A DNA stretch of 64,000 nt from an uncultured Pseudomonadota bacterium (GCA_949292335.1 CASEYY010000016.1:16922-80921); one strand, 5' to 3'. Positions 9,639 through 18,917 are shown, counted from the first letter of the stretch. Notes: generated by a model not told the origin, from the sequence alone. Program-made: numbers and translations.

Positions 9639-10109
9639 GTGATATTGGGAATCTCCGTGGCTTTAATCGCCGTAGTTGTTGATCAGTTAACCAAATTTTG
9701 GATTTTGGGCTTTTTGGGGGTCAATGCCTATGAACCTTTCGGTAATTATTTTAATATCGTTAGAACTTGGAACACCGGGGTCAGTTTTTCGATGCTAAAT
9801 AATTACGGTAACGCAGGGGCTTGGATATTGTCGGCATTGGCCGTTATAATCGTTATTATGCTCTTGATGTGGTTGAGAAAAGAAGAAAATCGATTGACGC
9901 AAATTGCCTTGGGCTTAATCATGGGCGGAGCAGTCGGAAATGTTATTGACCGTGTGCGTTTCGGTGCCGTATTTGATTTTTTGGATTTCCATGTCGGTGA
10001 ATGGCATTGGCCGGCTTTTAATGCCGCGGACAGTTGCATTTGTATCGGTGCGGCAATTATTATTGCTCAGGCTATATTTGACAGAGTGTATAAAAAGGGG
10101 GAAAAATGA
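9639..10109 (+). CDS. lspA: Lipoprotein signal peptidase II
   Basis: 156 aa, four TM segments, VDQLTK, NTGVSFS and GGAVGNVIDR motifs. GTG start. Confidence 0.9.
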   Translation: MILGISVALIAVVVDQLTKFWILGFLGVNAYEPFGNYFNIVRTWNTGVSFSMLNNYGNAGAWILSALAVIIVIMLLMWLRKEENRLTQIALGLIMGGAVGNVIDRVRFGAVFDFLDFHVGEWHWPAFNAADSCICIGAAIIIAQAIFDRVYKKGEK

Positions 10110-10288
10110 AAAAAATATTGTTGGTGGCCGTACTGGTTTGTTTGTCGGCTTGTTCGTATTTTAATAAGGAAAATTTAGGTCTTGCTAAAAAGGCTCCCGA
10201 CGAAACCGTGGTCGAAGAGAAAAAACCTTTGTCTTTGCCGCCGGAGTTTGATGTGCGTCCGCAAATCTCCGCCAAATCTGCCGAATAG
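10106..10288 (+). CDS. Small lipoprotein, DUF3035/BamF-like
   Basis: The lipobox LSAC and a PLSLPPEFDVRP motif match what I recall for the alphaproteobacterial DUF3035 family. It overlaps the lspA stop. Confidence 0.6.
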   Translation: MKKILLVAVLVCLSACSYFNKENLGLAKKAPDETVVEEKKPLSLPPEFDVRPQISAKSAE

Positions 10289-10295
10289 GTGAATA

Positions 10296-11624
10296 ATGCA
10301 GAAATATTTTGCAATTTTAACGGCTCTGTTCGGGGCTCTTTTTTCGTTTGAGGTAAAAGCTCAAAACTTTGCTATGGAAGATTTTTATCTTGATAACGGT
10401 TTGCAAGTTATCGTGATTGAAAATCATAAAGCTCCGATTGTCAAACAAATGCTGTTTTATAAAGTGGGTGCCGCCGATGAAAAGGCTGGACAAAAAGGTA
10501 TTGCTCATTTGTTGGAACATATGATGTTTCGCGGTACCGACAAGGTTGAAAAACAAACCTTAAATAAAGTCTTGGAAGAAAACGGGGCCGAAAGTAACGC
10601 TTTTACCGCTCAGGATGTTACCGCTTACCATCAATTCTTAGATGTCAGCAGACTTGAGTTGGCGATGTTTTTAGAGGCCGACAGAATGCGGGGTTTGGCC
10701 TTTGATGAAGACACATTCGTAACCGAGAGAGATATCGTTTTTCAAGAAAGAAAACAGGTGATAGAAAATAATCCGGCAGCAAAGTTTTTTGAGAATTTGA
10801 ACAAAATTTTGTGGCAGGAACATCCCTACGGAACTCCGATAACCGGTTATGACAGCGATATTGCCGGTTTAAGTGTTGATGATGCCAAAGAATTTTATAA
10901 CAAATATTATGCTCCGAATAATGCGGTGTTGGTACTTTCGGGCGATATTGATGTTAAAACGGCGAAAGAGTTGGCCGAGAAATATTACGGCAATATAAAG
11001 GCAACGCAGACGGAAAAAGCAGACTATCCTCAAATAGCTGAAAATTATAAGGCTCGCTTGGAAATGTCGTTGCCGGATGTTAAACTCAAACGATTTGTGA
11101 AAATATTCGTAGCTCCCTCACTTAATCATGATGCGGACAAAGTTTATGCCTTGGAATTGTTGAGCCAATATCTGTGCGGGGATGAAAATGCCCCTTTATA
11201 TCAGGATATGGTTGTTAAGGATAAGGCGGCCTTGAGTATTGATACGGGGTATGACGGGGTTGTCAAAAGCTATGGCTCTTTTGTCATAAGTGCGGTTCCG
11301 GCAGATATCAATACCGATGAATTTGAGGCTAAGCTGTTAAAATCGTGGCAGAGGGCTTTGAAAAACCTGACGGAAGAAAAACTGAATCTGGTTAAAAGAA
11401 AATTGTTGGCCGATATGGTTTATCTGAAAGATAATCCCGAAACTTTAGCTCAGATAACCGGCAGAGTGGCTGCGGTCGGAGGGAGCTTGGAGTATGTTGA
11501 TATGTATGCCGAAAAAATAAATGAGGTTTCGTTTGATGAGGTAAGGCAGGTGGCAGAAGATTTATGGCAAAAAGCTCCGCAAGTTACCGGAATTTTATAT
11601 CCTGAGGAGACCGTAAATGAGTAA
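10296..11624 (+). CDS. M16-family zinc peptidase (catalytic subunit)
   Basis: Signal peptide and the inverted zinc motif HLLEH (GIAHLLEHMMFRGT). Confidence 0.85.
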   Translation: MQKYFAILTALFGALFSFEVKAQNFAMEDFYLDNGLQVIVIENHKAPIVKQMLFYKVGAADEKAGQKGIAHLLEHMMFRGTDKVEKQTLNKVLEENGAESNAFTAQDVTAYHQFLDVSRLELAMFLEADRMRGLAFDEDTFVTERDIVFQERKQVIENNPAAKFFENLNKILWQEHPYGTPITGYDSDIAGLSVDDAKEFYNKYYAPNNAVLVLSGDIDVKTAKELAEKYYGNIKATQTEKADYPQIAENYKARLEMSLPDVKLKRFVKIFVAPSLNHDADKVYALELLSQYLCGDENAPLYQDMVVKDKAALSIDTGYDGVVKSYGSFVISAVPADINTDEFEAKLLKSWQRALKNLTEEKLNLVKRKLLADMVYLKDNPETLAQITGRVAAVGGSLEYVDMYAEKINEVSFDEVRQVAEDLWQKAPQVTGILYPEETVNE

Positions 11625-13023
11625 AAAACCGGCTTATCTTAAAACCAAAAGCAGTTCATATTGGGTGATATGTGCTTTGCTGGCCGCAATCGCTTGGTTC
11701 GTTTACGGAGCAGGTAATGATTTTGAATTGAAATATTTGGTGGAAAATTCCGTACTTAAAAATCGCAGCTTCCAAGGTAATGTCGAAGAAATATTCGTAC
11801 CATCTCTAAAAACCAAGGCTTATTTTATGGAAGAAAATACCAATCCGTTGGTAGCGGTGAGCTTCTTGTTTGATGAGGCCGGAACCGCCTATGAGGAAAA
11901 CGGAAAAGAAGGTTTGGTTGCTTTGAGTGCGGCAACAATTAAGGACGGGGCCGGTGAATATTCGGCCAAAGATTTGAAAGAGCAAATGGCGGTTAACGGT
12001 ATTAAAATTGCCTTTTCGGCTAATAAAGACTGGTTTGCCGGCACCTTGGTTACACCTAAAGAAAATTTACCCCAAGCCGTCGATATTTTGAAAAATATCT
12101 TGCTTAAACCTAATTTCGAAAATGAATATTTCAAGTTGGCTAAGGCTCAAACCATTAAGGTCTTAAAAACCGAAAAAGAAAATCCGCAAAAAGAATTACA
12201 GCTTGAATTTAATAAGAAAATTTATCAAGACCATCCCTATGCCAAGAATCCGTTGGGTACGGAAGAATCCGTGAACGCATTAAAAAGACGGGATTTGAAA
12301 AATTTTGTTAAAAATAATTTGGCAAAAGAAAATTTACATTTGGGAATTGCCGGTGATTTGAATAAAGAAGAAGCAGCTCATTTGATTGCCGGTATTTTTT
12401 CCGAGCTACCGGATAAGCCGCAGGCTAAAAACTTGCCTCCTTTGCATATTAATTGGCAACAAGAACCTTTGCAAATAAACAGAAAAAGCGGACAGACCAT
12501 AGTGACTTTTGCCGGAATGGGAACTTGCCGCAAATGCGAAGATTTTTACTCCTTATATATAGCTAATTATATTTTCGGGGGCTCCGGGCTAAATTCAAAA
12601 ATTAATATGAGTTTGCGTGAAAAAGAAGGTCTCACTTACGGGGCTTATTCGGCTTTAGTGATAACAAATAAAGCCAATTTGTTGGTAGCCGGATTTTCAA
12701 CCACTCCCGATAATTATGTCAGGGCTCAAAATATGTTCTATGATGAGTGGTTGAATGTTGCTAAAGAAGGATTTAGCGAAGATGAACTTACGGCCGCCAA
12801 AAATTATTTAACTTCATCGTATAATTTGCGTTTTGCTTCAATCGACGGAATTGCCGATATGTTGGTTATGATGCAGAAATATGATTTGGGATTGGATTTT
12901 TTACAAAAACGCAACGACTATGTAAATGCCGTAACTTTACAACAGTTGAACGATGCCGCAGCTAAGTATTTTACCAAAGAAATTTTGCGGGCGGAAATCG
13001 GAAATTTTAAGGAAGGAAATTAA
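11617..13023 (+). CDS. M16-family peptidase, non-catalytic partner
   Basis: M16-like length and blocks (LREKEGLTYGAYS) but no HxxEH motif. It overlaps the upstream M16 gene by 8 nt (ATGAGTAA). Confidence 0.75.
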   Translation: MSKKPAYLKTKSSSYWVICALLAAIAWFVYGAGNDFELKYLVENSVLKNRSFQGNVEEIFVPSLKTKAYFMEENTNPLVAVSFLFDEAGTAYEENGKEGLVALSAATIKDGAGEYSAKDLKEQMAVNGIKIAFSANKDWFAGTLVTPKENLPQAVDILKNILLKPNFENEYFKLAKAQTIKVLKTEKENPQKELQLEFNKKIYQDHPYAKNPLGTEESVNALKRRDLKNFVKNNLAKENLHLGIAGDLNKEEAAHLIAGIFSELPDKPQAKNLPPLHINWQQEPLQINRKSGQTIVTFAGMGTCRKCEDFYSLYIANYIFGGSGLNSKINMSLREKEGLTYGAYSALVITNKANLLVAGFSTTPDNYVRAQNMFYDEWLNVAKEGFSEDELTAAKNYLTSSYNLRFASIDGIADMLVMMQKYDLGLDFLQKRNDYVNAVTLQQLNDAAAKYFTKEILRAEIGNFKEGN

Positions 13024-13025
13024 TA

Positions 13026-14678
13026 ATGTTCGGAAGATCTAAGGAAATTAATAAATCATCTGCTTGGAAAAAACTTGTAAGCCAAGCCAAAAAAATGCGT
13101 AAAATTCAGATGCGTGATATGTTTGCCAAAGATCCGAAAAGAGCCGAAAAGTTTACTTTGAAGCTTGATAATATGGTACTCGATTTTTCCAAAAATATTA
13201 TTGACGACAAAACTTTTGAATATTTGTTAAGATTGGCCAAACAAGCAAAAGTTAAGCAGAAAATCGAACAAATGTTTGCCGGTGATAAAATAAATATTAC
13301 CGAAAACAGAGCGGTTTTGCACACTGCTTTACGCAACATTGATAATACCCCTATTTATGTCGACGGTAAAAATGTGATGCCGGAAATTAACGCTGTCTTA
13401 GCTAAAATTAAAAGTTTTTCCGAGGCGGTTCGTCTGGGCAAGTTTAAAGGTCATACCGGTAAAAAACTTACCAATATTGTTAATATCGGTATCGGAGGTT
13501 CGGATTTGGGACCGAAAATGGCGGTTGAGGCCTTGAAAAAATATTGGGGAAAAGGTCTTAATTGCTACTTTATTTCCAATATTGACGGGACGGCTTGTGC
13601 CGAAGTCTTGAGTAAGTTAGATCCCGAAACTACCTTGTTTATTGTTTGCTCAAAGACATTTACCACTATCGAAACTTTGACCAATGCCAAAACTTGTCGT
13701 CATTGGCTGGTCGATGCTTTGGGGGAGCCTGCGGTGTCAAAACATTTTGTGGCCGTTTCGACTAACGCCGAAGAAGTGGCTAAATTCGGTATAGATACCG
13801 CAAATATGTTTGAATTTTGGGATTTCGTCGGCGGCAGATATTCGATGTGGTCGGCTATTGGCTTGATTATTGCCATTGCCGCCGGATATGAGAATTTTGA
13901 AAAAATGTTAGCCGGAGCTAACGAAATGGATAAGCATTTTTTTAATAGCGAAGCTGACAAAAATATTCCGCTTATCTTAGCTCTTTTAAGTGTTTGGTAC
14001 AATAACTTTTTCAATGTTCGCAATCATGCCGTAGTGGCTTATGATCAGTATTTGACTTATTTACCGGCTTATTTGCAACAGTTGGTAATGGAAAGCAACG
14101 GTAAGTTTGTTAATCTTGATAATAAATTCATCAATTACCAAACTTCTCCGGTGATTTTCGGTGGAGCGGGGACCGATGTGCAACACTCGTTTTTCCAAAT
14201 GATTCACCAGGGAACCGGCTTTGTGCCTTGCGATTTCATCGTACCGGCAATCTCACATAATGAGATTGGCGAGCATCACGAAATTTTGTTGGCTAATGTC
14301 TTGGCTCAGAGCGAAGCTTTGATGAAAGGAAAAACCGTGACCGAGGCTGCCAGTGAGTTGAAAGCTGCCGGAAAGTCGGCAGAGGAAATAAATAAGCTCA
14401 AAAAATATAAAAGCTTTAAGGGAAATCGTCCCTCAAATACCATAATATTCAAAAAAATTGATGCTTACGCTTTAGGTATGTTGGTGGCAATGTATGAGCA
14501 TAAAACTTTTGTCGAAGGAATTATTTGGAATATTGATTCATTTGACCAAATGGGAGTTGAACTCGGAAAGCAAATGGCTTTGAAAATTTTGCCGGAGTTG
14601 CAGGGCAGTCATGAAAGTAAAGAGCATGATTCCTCGACCAGAGCTTTAATCAAAATGATTAAAAAAATGAGAAAATAA
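13026..14678 (+). CDS. pgi: Glucose-6-phosphate isomerase
   Basis: 550 aa with GIGGSDLGP, VSTNAEEVAKFGI, FWDFVGGRYSMWSAIG and ESNGK motifs. Confidence 0.95.
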   Translation: MFGRSKEINKSSAWKKLVSQAKKMRKIQMRDMFAKDPKRAEKFTLKLDNMVLDFSKNIIDDKTFEYLLRLAKQAKVKQKIEQMFAGDKINITENRAVLHTALRNIDNTPIYVDGKNVMPEINAVLAKIKSFSEAVRLGKFKGHTGKKLTNIVNIGIGGSDLGPKMAVEALKKYWGKGLNCYFISNIDGTACAEVLSKLDPETTLFIVCSKTFTTIETLTNAKTCRHWLVDALGEPAVSKHFVAVSTNAEEVAKFGIDTANMFEFWDFVGGRYSMWSAIGLIIAIAAGYENFEKMLAGANEMDKHFFNSEADKNIPLILALLSVWYNNFFNVRNHAVVAYDQYLTYLPAYLQQLVMESNGKFVNLDNKFINYQTSPVIFGGAGTDVQHSFFQMIHQGTGFVPCDFIVPAISHNEIGEHHEILLANVLAQSEALMKGKTVTEAASELKAAGKSAEEINKLKKYKSFKGNRPSNTIIFKKIDAYALGMLVAMYEHKTFVEGIIWNIDSFDQMGVELGKQMALKILPELQGSHESKEHDSSTRALIKMIKKMRK

Positions 14679-16478
14679 ATGCCGATAAGAATCCTGCCTT
14701 CAAACCTTGTTAACCAAATTGCCGCCGGCGAGGTGGTCGAAAGGCCGGCTTCGGTGGTTAAAGAATTGGTCGAAAATGCCTTGGATGCCGGTGCAGCCAG
14801 TGTCGAGGTCAGCTTATCCGAGGGCGGAAAGACACTGATTGCCGTAACCGATAACGGCAAAGGTATGAATGCAGAAGAACTTAATTTGGCGGTTGAACGG
14901 CATGCAACTTCAAAATTACCTGATGATAACTTGTTTAATATCTGTTTCTTTGGTTTTCGCGGAGAAGCTTTGCCTTCTATTGCTTCGGTCTCCAGACTGA
15001 CTATCACAACCAGACAAAAAGGCGGTGATTTCGGTTGGAAAATTGAAGTAAACAGCGGTCAAAAATCAGCGGTCATACCGGCAGCCTGCAATAAGGGAAC
15101 CAGAATCGAGGTTAGGGATCTGTTTTATGCAACACCGGCCAGATTAAAATTTCTTAAAACCTCTGTGAGCGAGACCGCCGCGTGTGTCGATGTGTTGCAA
15201 AGAATTGCTTTGGCTAATCCAGATGTTAGTTTTTCTTTATATGCCGATGGAAAAAAGAAATTTTATTATCCTGCCGCCACCGGAGATTTGTTTGAGGCGA
15301 GAATCGAAAGACTTTCTGCCGTTATGGGCAAAGAATTTAGAGATAATGCAATATTAATCGATACAGAACGCGAAAATCTGAAAATCAGCGGTTATATTTC
15401 TTTGCCGACACTCAATAAAGCCAATTCTTTGTCGCAATTTTTGTTTGTAAATAATCGCCCGGTACGCGATAAACTGTTGCTCGGAGCTATTAAAGGTGCT
15501 TATCAGGATGTTTTGACTGCCGGTCGTTACCCAATGTGTGCGTTGTTTTTTGATTTGCCGCCGGAAGATGTTGATGTCAATGTGCATCCGACAAAAGCCG
15601 AGGTAAGATTTTATGACAATAATTTGGTCAGAGGCTTGTTGGTAACAGCTATCAGAAATGCTTTAGAAAGAGCTTCGGGAAAAACTTCTAATACATTGGA
15701 TTTAAATAAAATTGCGGCACCGGAATATTCGAGGCCGATGGAATTATCAGAGCCGCAACCATTTGTTTTTGCAACAGGTTCGAATATTTGGCAAAGTCGT
15801 CCGAATCATGCAAGTGCACAAGCTGTTTTACCGGAGTTGGAACGCAAATTTTCACTTAAGACAGAAATTCAACCTGAGGTCAATGATGTTGAAGAAATAG
15901 GTCCGTTGGGTTTGGCAAAGGCTCAATTTAACGACACTTATATCATATCGCAGACGCCGGAGAGTATTATAATCGTTGATCAGCATGCAGCTCATGAACG
16001 AATTGTGATGGAGAAGTTAAAAGAAGGTTTGCGTGAGCATAAACAGGCAACACAGATGCTCTTAATTCCGGAAATTGTTGAGCTCAATCCGGCTGAGAAA
16101 TCCAGAATTTTGGAAAATGCCGAACAGCTGCAGCAGTTAGGGCTTGAAATTGAGGAATTCGGAACCACCGCCGTTATCGTGCGTGAAATTCCGGCATTGC
16201 TCGGCAATATTGATGTCGCCGGGTTGGTGCGTGATATTGCCGAACAAATGGTTGAGTGGGGCGGGGCATTTGAACTAAAAGAAAAATTGCACTTGGTTTG
16301 TGCGACAATGGCGTGTCATGGATCGGTGAGGGCGGGCAGAAGACTTAATATTGAAGAAATGAACCGCTTGCTCCGAGATATGGAAAAAACTCCGCACTCC
16401 GGACAATGTAACCATGGTCGTCCGACTTATGTGGAACTGAAAATTAAAGATATTGCCCATTTATTTGATAGGAAATAA
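14679..16478 (+). CDS. mutL: DNA mismatch repair protein MutL
   Basis: IAAGEVVERPASVVKELVENALDAG GHKL ATPase N-terminus and the C-terminal DQHAAHERI endonuclease motif. Confidence 0.95.
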   Translation: MPIRILPSNLVNQIAAGEVVERPASVVKELVENALDAGAASVEVSLSEGGKTLIAVTDNGKGMNAEELNLAVERHATSKLPDDNLFNICFFGFRGEALPSIASVSRLTITTRQKGGDFGWKIEVNSGQKSAVIPAACNKGTRIEVRDLFYATPARLKFLKTSVSETAACVDVLQRIALANPDVSFSLYADGKKKFYYPAATGDLFEARIERLSAVMGKEFRDNAILIDTERENLKISGYISLPTLNKANSLSQFLFVNNRPVRDKLLLGAIKGAYQDVLTAGRYPMCALFFDLPPEDVDVNVHPTKAEVRFYDNNLVRGLLVTAIRNALERASGKTSNTLDLNKIAAPEYSRPMELSEPQPFVFATGSNIWQSRPNHASAQAVLPELERKFSLKTEIQPEVNDVEEIGPLGLAKAQFNDTYIISQTPESIIIVDQHAAHERIVMEKLKEGLREHKQATQMLLIPEIVELNPAEKSRILENAEQLQQLGLEIEEFGTTAVIVREIPALLGNIDVAGLVRDIAEQMVEWGGAFELKEKLHLVCATMACHGSVRAGRRLNIEEMNRLLRDMEKTPHSGQCNHGRPTYVELKIKDIAHLFDRK

Positions 16479-16480
16479 AA

Positions 16481-17257
16481 ATGAGTGTGTTTATGCATGG
16501 ATTGTTGGCGGCATTGGCTGCCGGAATGTTTACCGGTTTGGGCGGGTTATGTATATTTATAAAAAAACGATACTCAAAATCGGAAATTAACCAGCTGCTT
16601 AATTTGGCGGCCGGAGTGATGTTGGCGGCATCGTTCTTTTCGCTATTAGTGCCTTCAATGAATGATATCATCAAATATGATGAACAAAATTTGTATCAAG
16701 ATGCTTTGACTTATGTATTGTCGATTTTTGCCGGCGTGTTGTTGGTGTGGATATTAAATCTGGTGTTGCCACATGAACATAACGCCATGGGACGGCATGG
16801 ACCAAATTTTGATGTGAAAAAAGCTTGGCTGTTTATTATTGCCATAACTTTGCACAAACTTCCCGAAGGATTAGCCGTGGGAGTGGCATATGGTGCGGAG
16901 GCAATAATAAATCCGTTGTCTTTGGTAATAGGTATTGCCGTTCATAATATTCCCGAAGGTCTGACAATCGCGATATCCTTAATCGGGGCAGGGTATTCCA
17001 AACTTAAAGCATCTTTCGTGGCTTTTATTATCGGTTTTATACAACCGGTGGGAGCTTTGGTTGGGTTGTTGTTGATGGATATCAGCTTTAATATCATTCC
17101 TTATGGAATGGCTTTAGCCGGAGGTACCATGTTGTTTGTGGTCATCAACGAGATTTTGCCGGAAACCTACGGGATGAAAAACAGCAATAAATCAGCCGCG
17201 GCCGTGTTTTTAGGCTTTATTGTCATGACTTTTATTTCAATAGTTTTTCATGAATAA
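16481..17257 (+). CDS. zupT: ZIP-family zinc transporter
   Basis: 258 aa, polytopic, with HKLPEGLAVG and HNIPEGL motifs. Confidence 0.85.
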   Translation: MSVFMHGLLAALAAGMFTGLGGLCIFIKKRYSKSEINQLLNLAAGVMLAASFFSLLVPSMNDIIKYDEQNLYQDALTYVLSIFAGVLLVWILNLVLPHEHNAMGRHGPNFDVKKAWLFIIAITLHKLPEGLAVGVAYGAEAIINPLSLVIGIAVHNIPEGLTIAISLIGAGYSKLKASFVAFIIGFIQPVGALVGLLLMDISFNIIPYGMALAGGTMLFVVINEILPETYGMKNSNKSAAAVFLGFIVMTFISIVFHE

Positions 17258-17273
17258 AAAAACAAAAAAACTG

Positions 17274-17302
17274 TTGACGGAAAAATAAACTTAAGTTAAA
17301 TA
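17274..17302 (+). promoter_or_regulatory. Sigma-70-type promoter for tRNA-Ser(GCU)
   Basis: TTGACG-17 nt-TAAATA, ending about 15 nt upstream of the tRNA 5' end. Confidence 0.55.
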
Positions 17303-17317
17303 TAAGCCCAGTGCCAA

Positions 17318-17405
17318 GGAGAGTTGGCAGAGTGGTAATGCAGCGGATTGCTAATCCGTCATCGGGAATACCGATGCACAGGTTCGAGTCCTGTACTCTC
17401 CGCCA
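17318..17405 (+). tRNA. tRNA-Ser(GCU), CCA encoded
   Basis: Acceptor GGAGAGT/ACTCTCC, anticodon loop ttGCTaa, long variable arm, T-loop ggttcgagtcc. Confidence 0.9.
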
Positions 17406-17412
17406 CTAAAAA

Positions 17413-17445
17413 ACAGCTGTTTGCTTTTGCAAGCAGCTGTTTTTT
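17413..17445 (+). terminator. Rho-independent terminator after tRNA-Ser(GCU)
   Basis: 12-bp stem acagctgtttgc/gcaagcagctgt, tttt loop, T-run. Confidence 0.8.
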
Positions 17446-17543
17446 GTATTTCTTTGTTTGCAAAATATAACTTGTTTTTGACACTTGTGTAAATGTGGTG
17501 TAGGACTCGTTTCGGTTAAGTAAATTAATGGAGAGTTTATACT

Positions 17544-18518
17544 ATGTGGGAAAAAATTGAATACATATTTACGCATCATGCCGTATTATCACAAGAGGCT
17601 ATGTGGAGCATTTTCGGCATCGTGGTATTGGCTTTGTTGTTTTTTGATTTATTCCTGTTTAATCGCAAAAATGAAGTACCTGATTTTACGCATACATTAA
17701 TCCTTTGCATACTATATATCGCCGCGGCTTGTGTTTTCGGAATATTTGTGATTTACGAAGAGGGAATCGCCAAAGGTATGGACTTTTTTACCGGGTTTTT
17801 GGTCGAAAAAAGTTTGTCTTTGGATAATATTTTTATTATGTCTTTGGTCTTTGCCTCAATCGGAGTGCCGCGTCAATATCAACACCGTGTCTTGTTCTGG
17901 GGAATCTTGGGCGCTATTGTTATGCGGGCGTTACTTATTTATGTCGGTGAAACGTTGATTGTTCATTTCCATTGGGTGCTCTATGTGTTTTCTGCTATTT
18001 TGGTTTGTACCGGCGTCAAAATGCTGTGGGCGAAAAATGAACATAATTCCGATTTTAAGGATTCAAAAGTCTATGCCCTCATTGCAAAAACATTTCGGGT
18101 TACCAAAAAAATTCATGGCCCGCATTTTGTAGTTAAGAAAAACAAAAAATATTATATAACTCCGCTTTTGTTTGCTCTGTTGGTGATTGAAACCATGGAT
18201 GTTATTTTTGCCTTAGACAGCATTCCCGCGATATTTTTGATTACGCAGGATGTGTTTATTGTTTATACCAGTAACATATTTGCAATCTTAGGATTGCGAG
18301 CTTTATATTTCTTGTTGGAAGCCGTAGTACATAAATTCAAATATTTAAAACCGGCTTTGGCAATTATTTTAATTTTTATCGGGCTTAAGATATTTGTACC
18401 GAAGTTGTTTGGTTTTGAGTTGGAGGCTTGGCATTCTTTGTCGGTTACCTTTGGGCTTTTATTTGGTGGAATTGTGTTTTCTATGTATAAAACCAGAGAA
18501 ATTAAGTCGGCTGAATAA
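17544..18518 (+). CDS. TerC/Alx-family integral membrane protein
   Basis: 324 aa, polytopic, with the EKSLSLDNIF and FALDSIPAIF paired TerC motifs. Confidence 0.8.
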   Translation: MWEKIEYIFTHHAVLSQEAMWSIFGIVVLALLFFDLFLFNRKNEVPDFTHTLILCILYIAAACVFGIFVIYEEGIAKGMDFFTGFLVEKSLSLDNIFIMSLVFASIGVPRQYQHRVLFWGILGAIVMRALLIYVGETLIVHFHWVLYVFSAILVCTGVKMLWAKNEHNSDFKDSKVYALIAKTFRVTKKIHGPHFVVKKNKKYYITPLLFALLVIETMDVIFALDSIPAIFLITQDVFIVYTSNIFAILGLRALYFLLEAVVHKFKYLKPALAIILIFIGLKIFVPKLFGFELEAWHSLSVTFGLLFGGIVFSMYKTREIKSAE

Positions 18519-18533
18519 AACTTAAAAAAACTC

Positions 18534-18562
18534 TTGCCAAAAAAATAAATGCGTATTATAGT
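18534..18562 (+). promoter_or_regulatory. Sigma-70-type promoter for tRNA-Lys
   Basis: TTGCCA-17 nt-TATAGT, about 20 nt upstream of the tRNA 5' end. Confidence 0.5.
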
Positions 18563-18582
18563 CCGCACTGTCGTTGATTGAT

Positions 18583-18658
18583 GGGTGCGTAGCTCAGTTG
18601 GTAGAGCAACTGACTCTTAATCAGTGGGTCTGGGGTTCGAACCCCCACGCGCCTACCA
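18583..18658 (+). tRNA. tRNA-Lys(CUU), CCA encoded
   Basis: 76-nt cloverleaf folded by hand: GGGTGCG acceptor, GCTC/GAGC D-stem, ACTGA-ctCTTaa-TCAGT anticodon arm, TGGGG-ttcgaac-CCCCA T-arm. Confidence 0.9.
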
Positions 18659-18733
18659 ATAAAAAAGGTCTCTTTAGGAGACCTTTTTTTATTGGGTAGG
18701 TAATGTTGGGTTTGAACCACAGACACTGGGGTT
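18641..18733 (+). repeat. Direct repeat copy 1 (tRNA-Lys T-loop/acceptor 3' end + terminator + ~45-nt tail)
   Basis: acccccacgcgcctaccaataaaaaaggtctctttaggagacc...ggtaggtaatgttgggtttgaaccacagacactggggtt recurs at 18827-18917 with a few substitutions and a 1-nt indel. Confidence 0.9.
18661..18690 (+). terminator. Rho-independent terminator after tRNA-Lys
   Basis: aaaaaaggtctc-tttag-gagaccttttttt. Confidence 0.8.
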
Positions 18734-18826
18734 CGACTACCAGCGAAAGCGATACGGGGGTATCGCGGTGAGCGTAAGCGAATGAGTGCCAGTGCAACTC
18801 GAGCCTTTGATAGAAGGCGAAGAGTA
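18734..18826 (+). other. Unassigned GC-rich 93-nt segment with three predicted hairpins, sitting inside the T-loop of the duplicated tRNA-Lys 3' fragment
   Basis: gcgatac-gggg-gtatcgc, gagtgc-cagt-gcaactc and gcctt-tgatag-aaggc stems. It is visibly more GC-rich than its surroundings and is flanked by ctggggttcga on the left and acccccacgcgcctacca on the right. Confidence 0.3.
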
Positions 18827-18917
18827 ACCCCCACGCGCCTACCAATAAAAAAGGTCTCTTTAGGAGACCTTTTTTATTGGTAGGTAATGTCGGGTTTGAA
18901 CCCCAGAGACTGGGGTT
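18827..18917 (+). repeat. Direct repeat copy 2 (pseudo tRNA-Lys 3' end + terminator copy + tail)
   Basis: See copy 1. It includes a second CCA-ending acceptor strand and a second terminator hairpin (18847-18875). Confidence 0.9.

Noticed and set aside
17406-17543. yybP-ykoY (manganese) riboswitch upstream of the TerC-family gene
   Set aside because: I could not find the conserved GGGGAGUAG / GAGACA-type cores or the four-helix arrangement. The region is mostly a tRNA terminator plus AT-rich promoter-like sequence.
18556-18845. 92-aa and 74-aa minus-strand ORFs
   Set aside because: They are translations through tRNA-Lys, its terminator and the repeat array (the ...GFEPQTH... type peptides typical of tRNA DNA), not genes.
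18690-18917. Possible two-piece (permuted) alphaproteobacterial tmRNA, given a CCA-ending T-arm/acceptor fragment detached from a 5' half
   Set aside because: The acceptor sequence is that of tRNA-Lys, with no G3:U70 alanine identity pair. I found no tag-peptide reading frame ending in a typical ...AA stop context, no pseudoknot-like motifs and no GGGGCUGA-type 5' strand.
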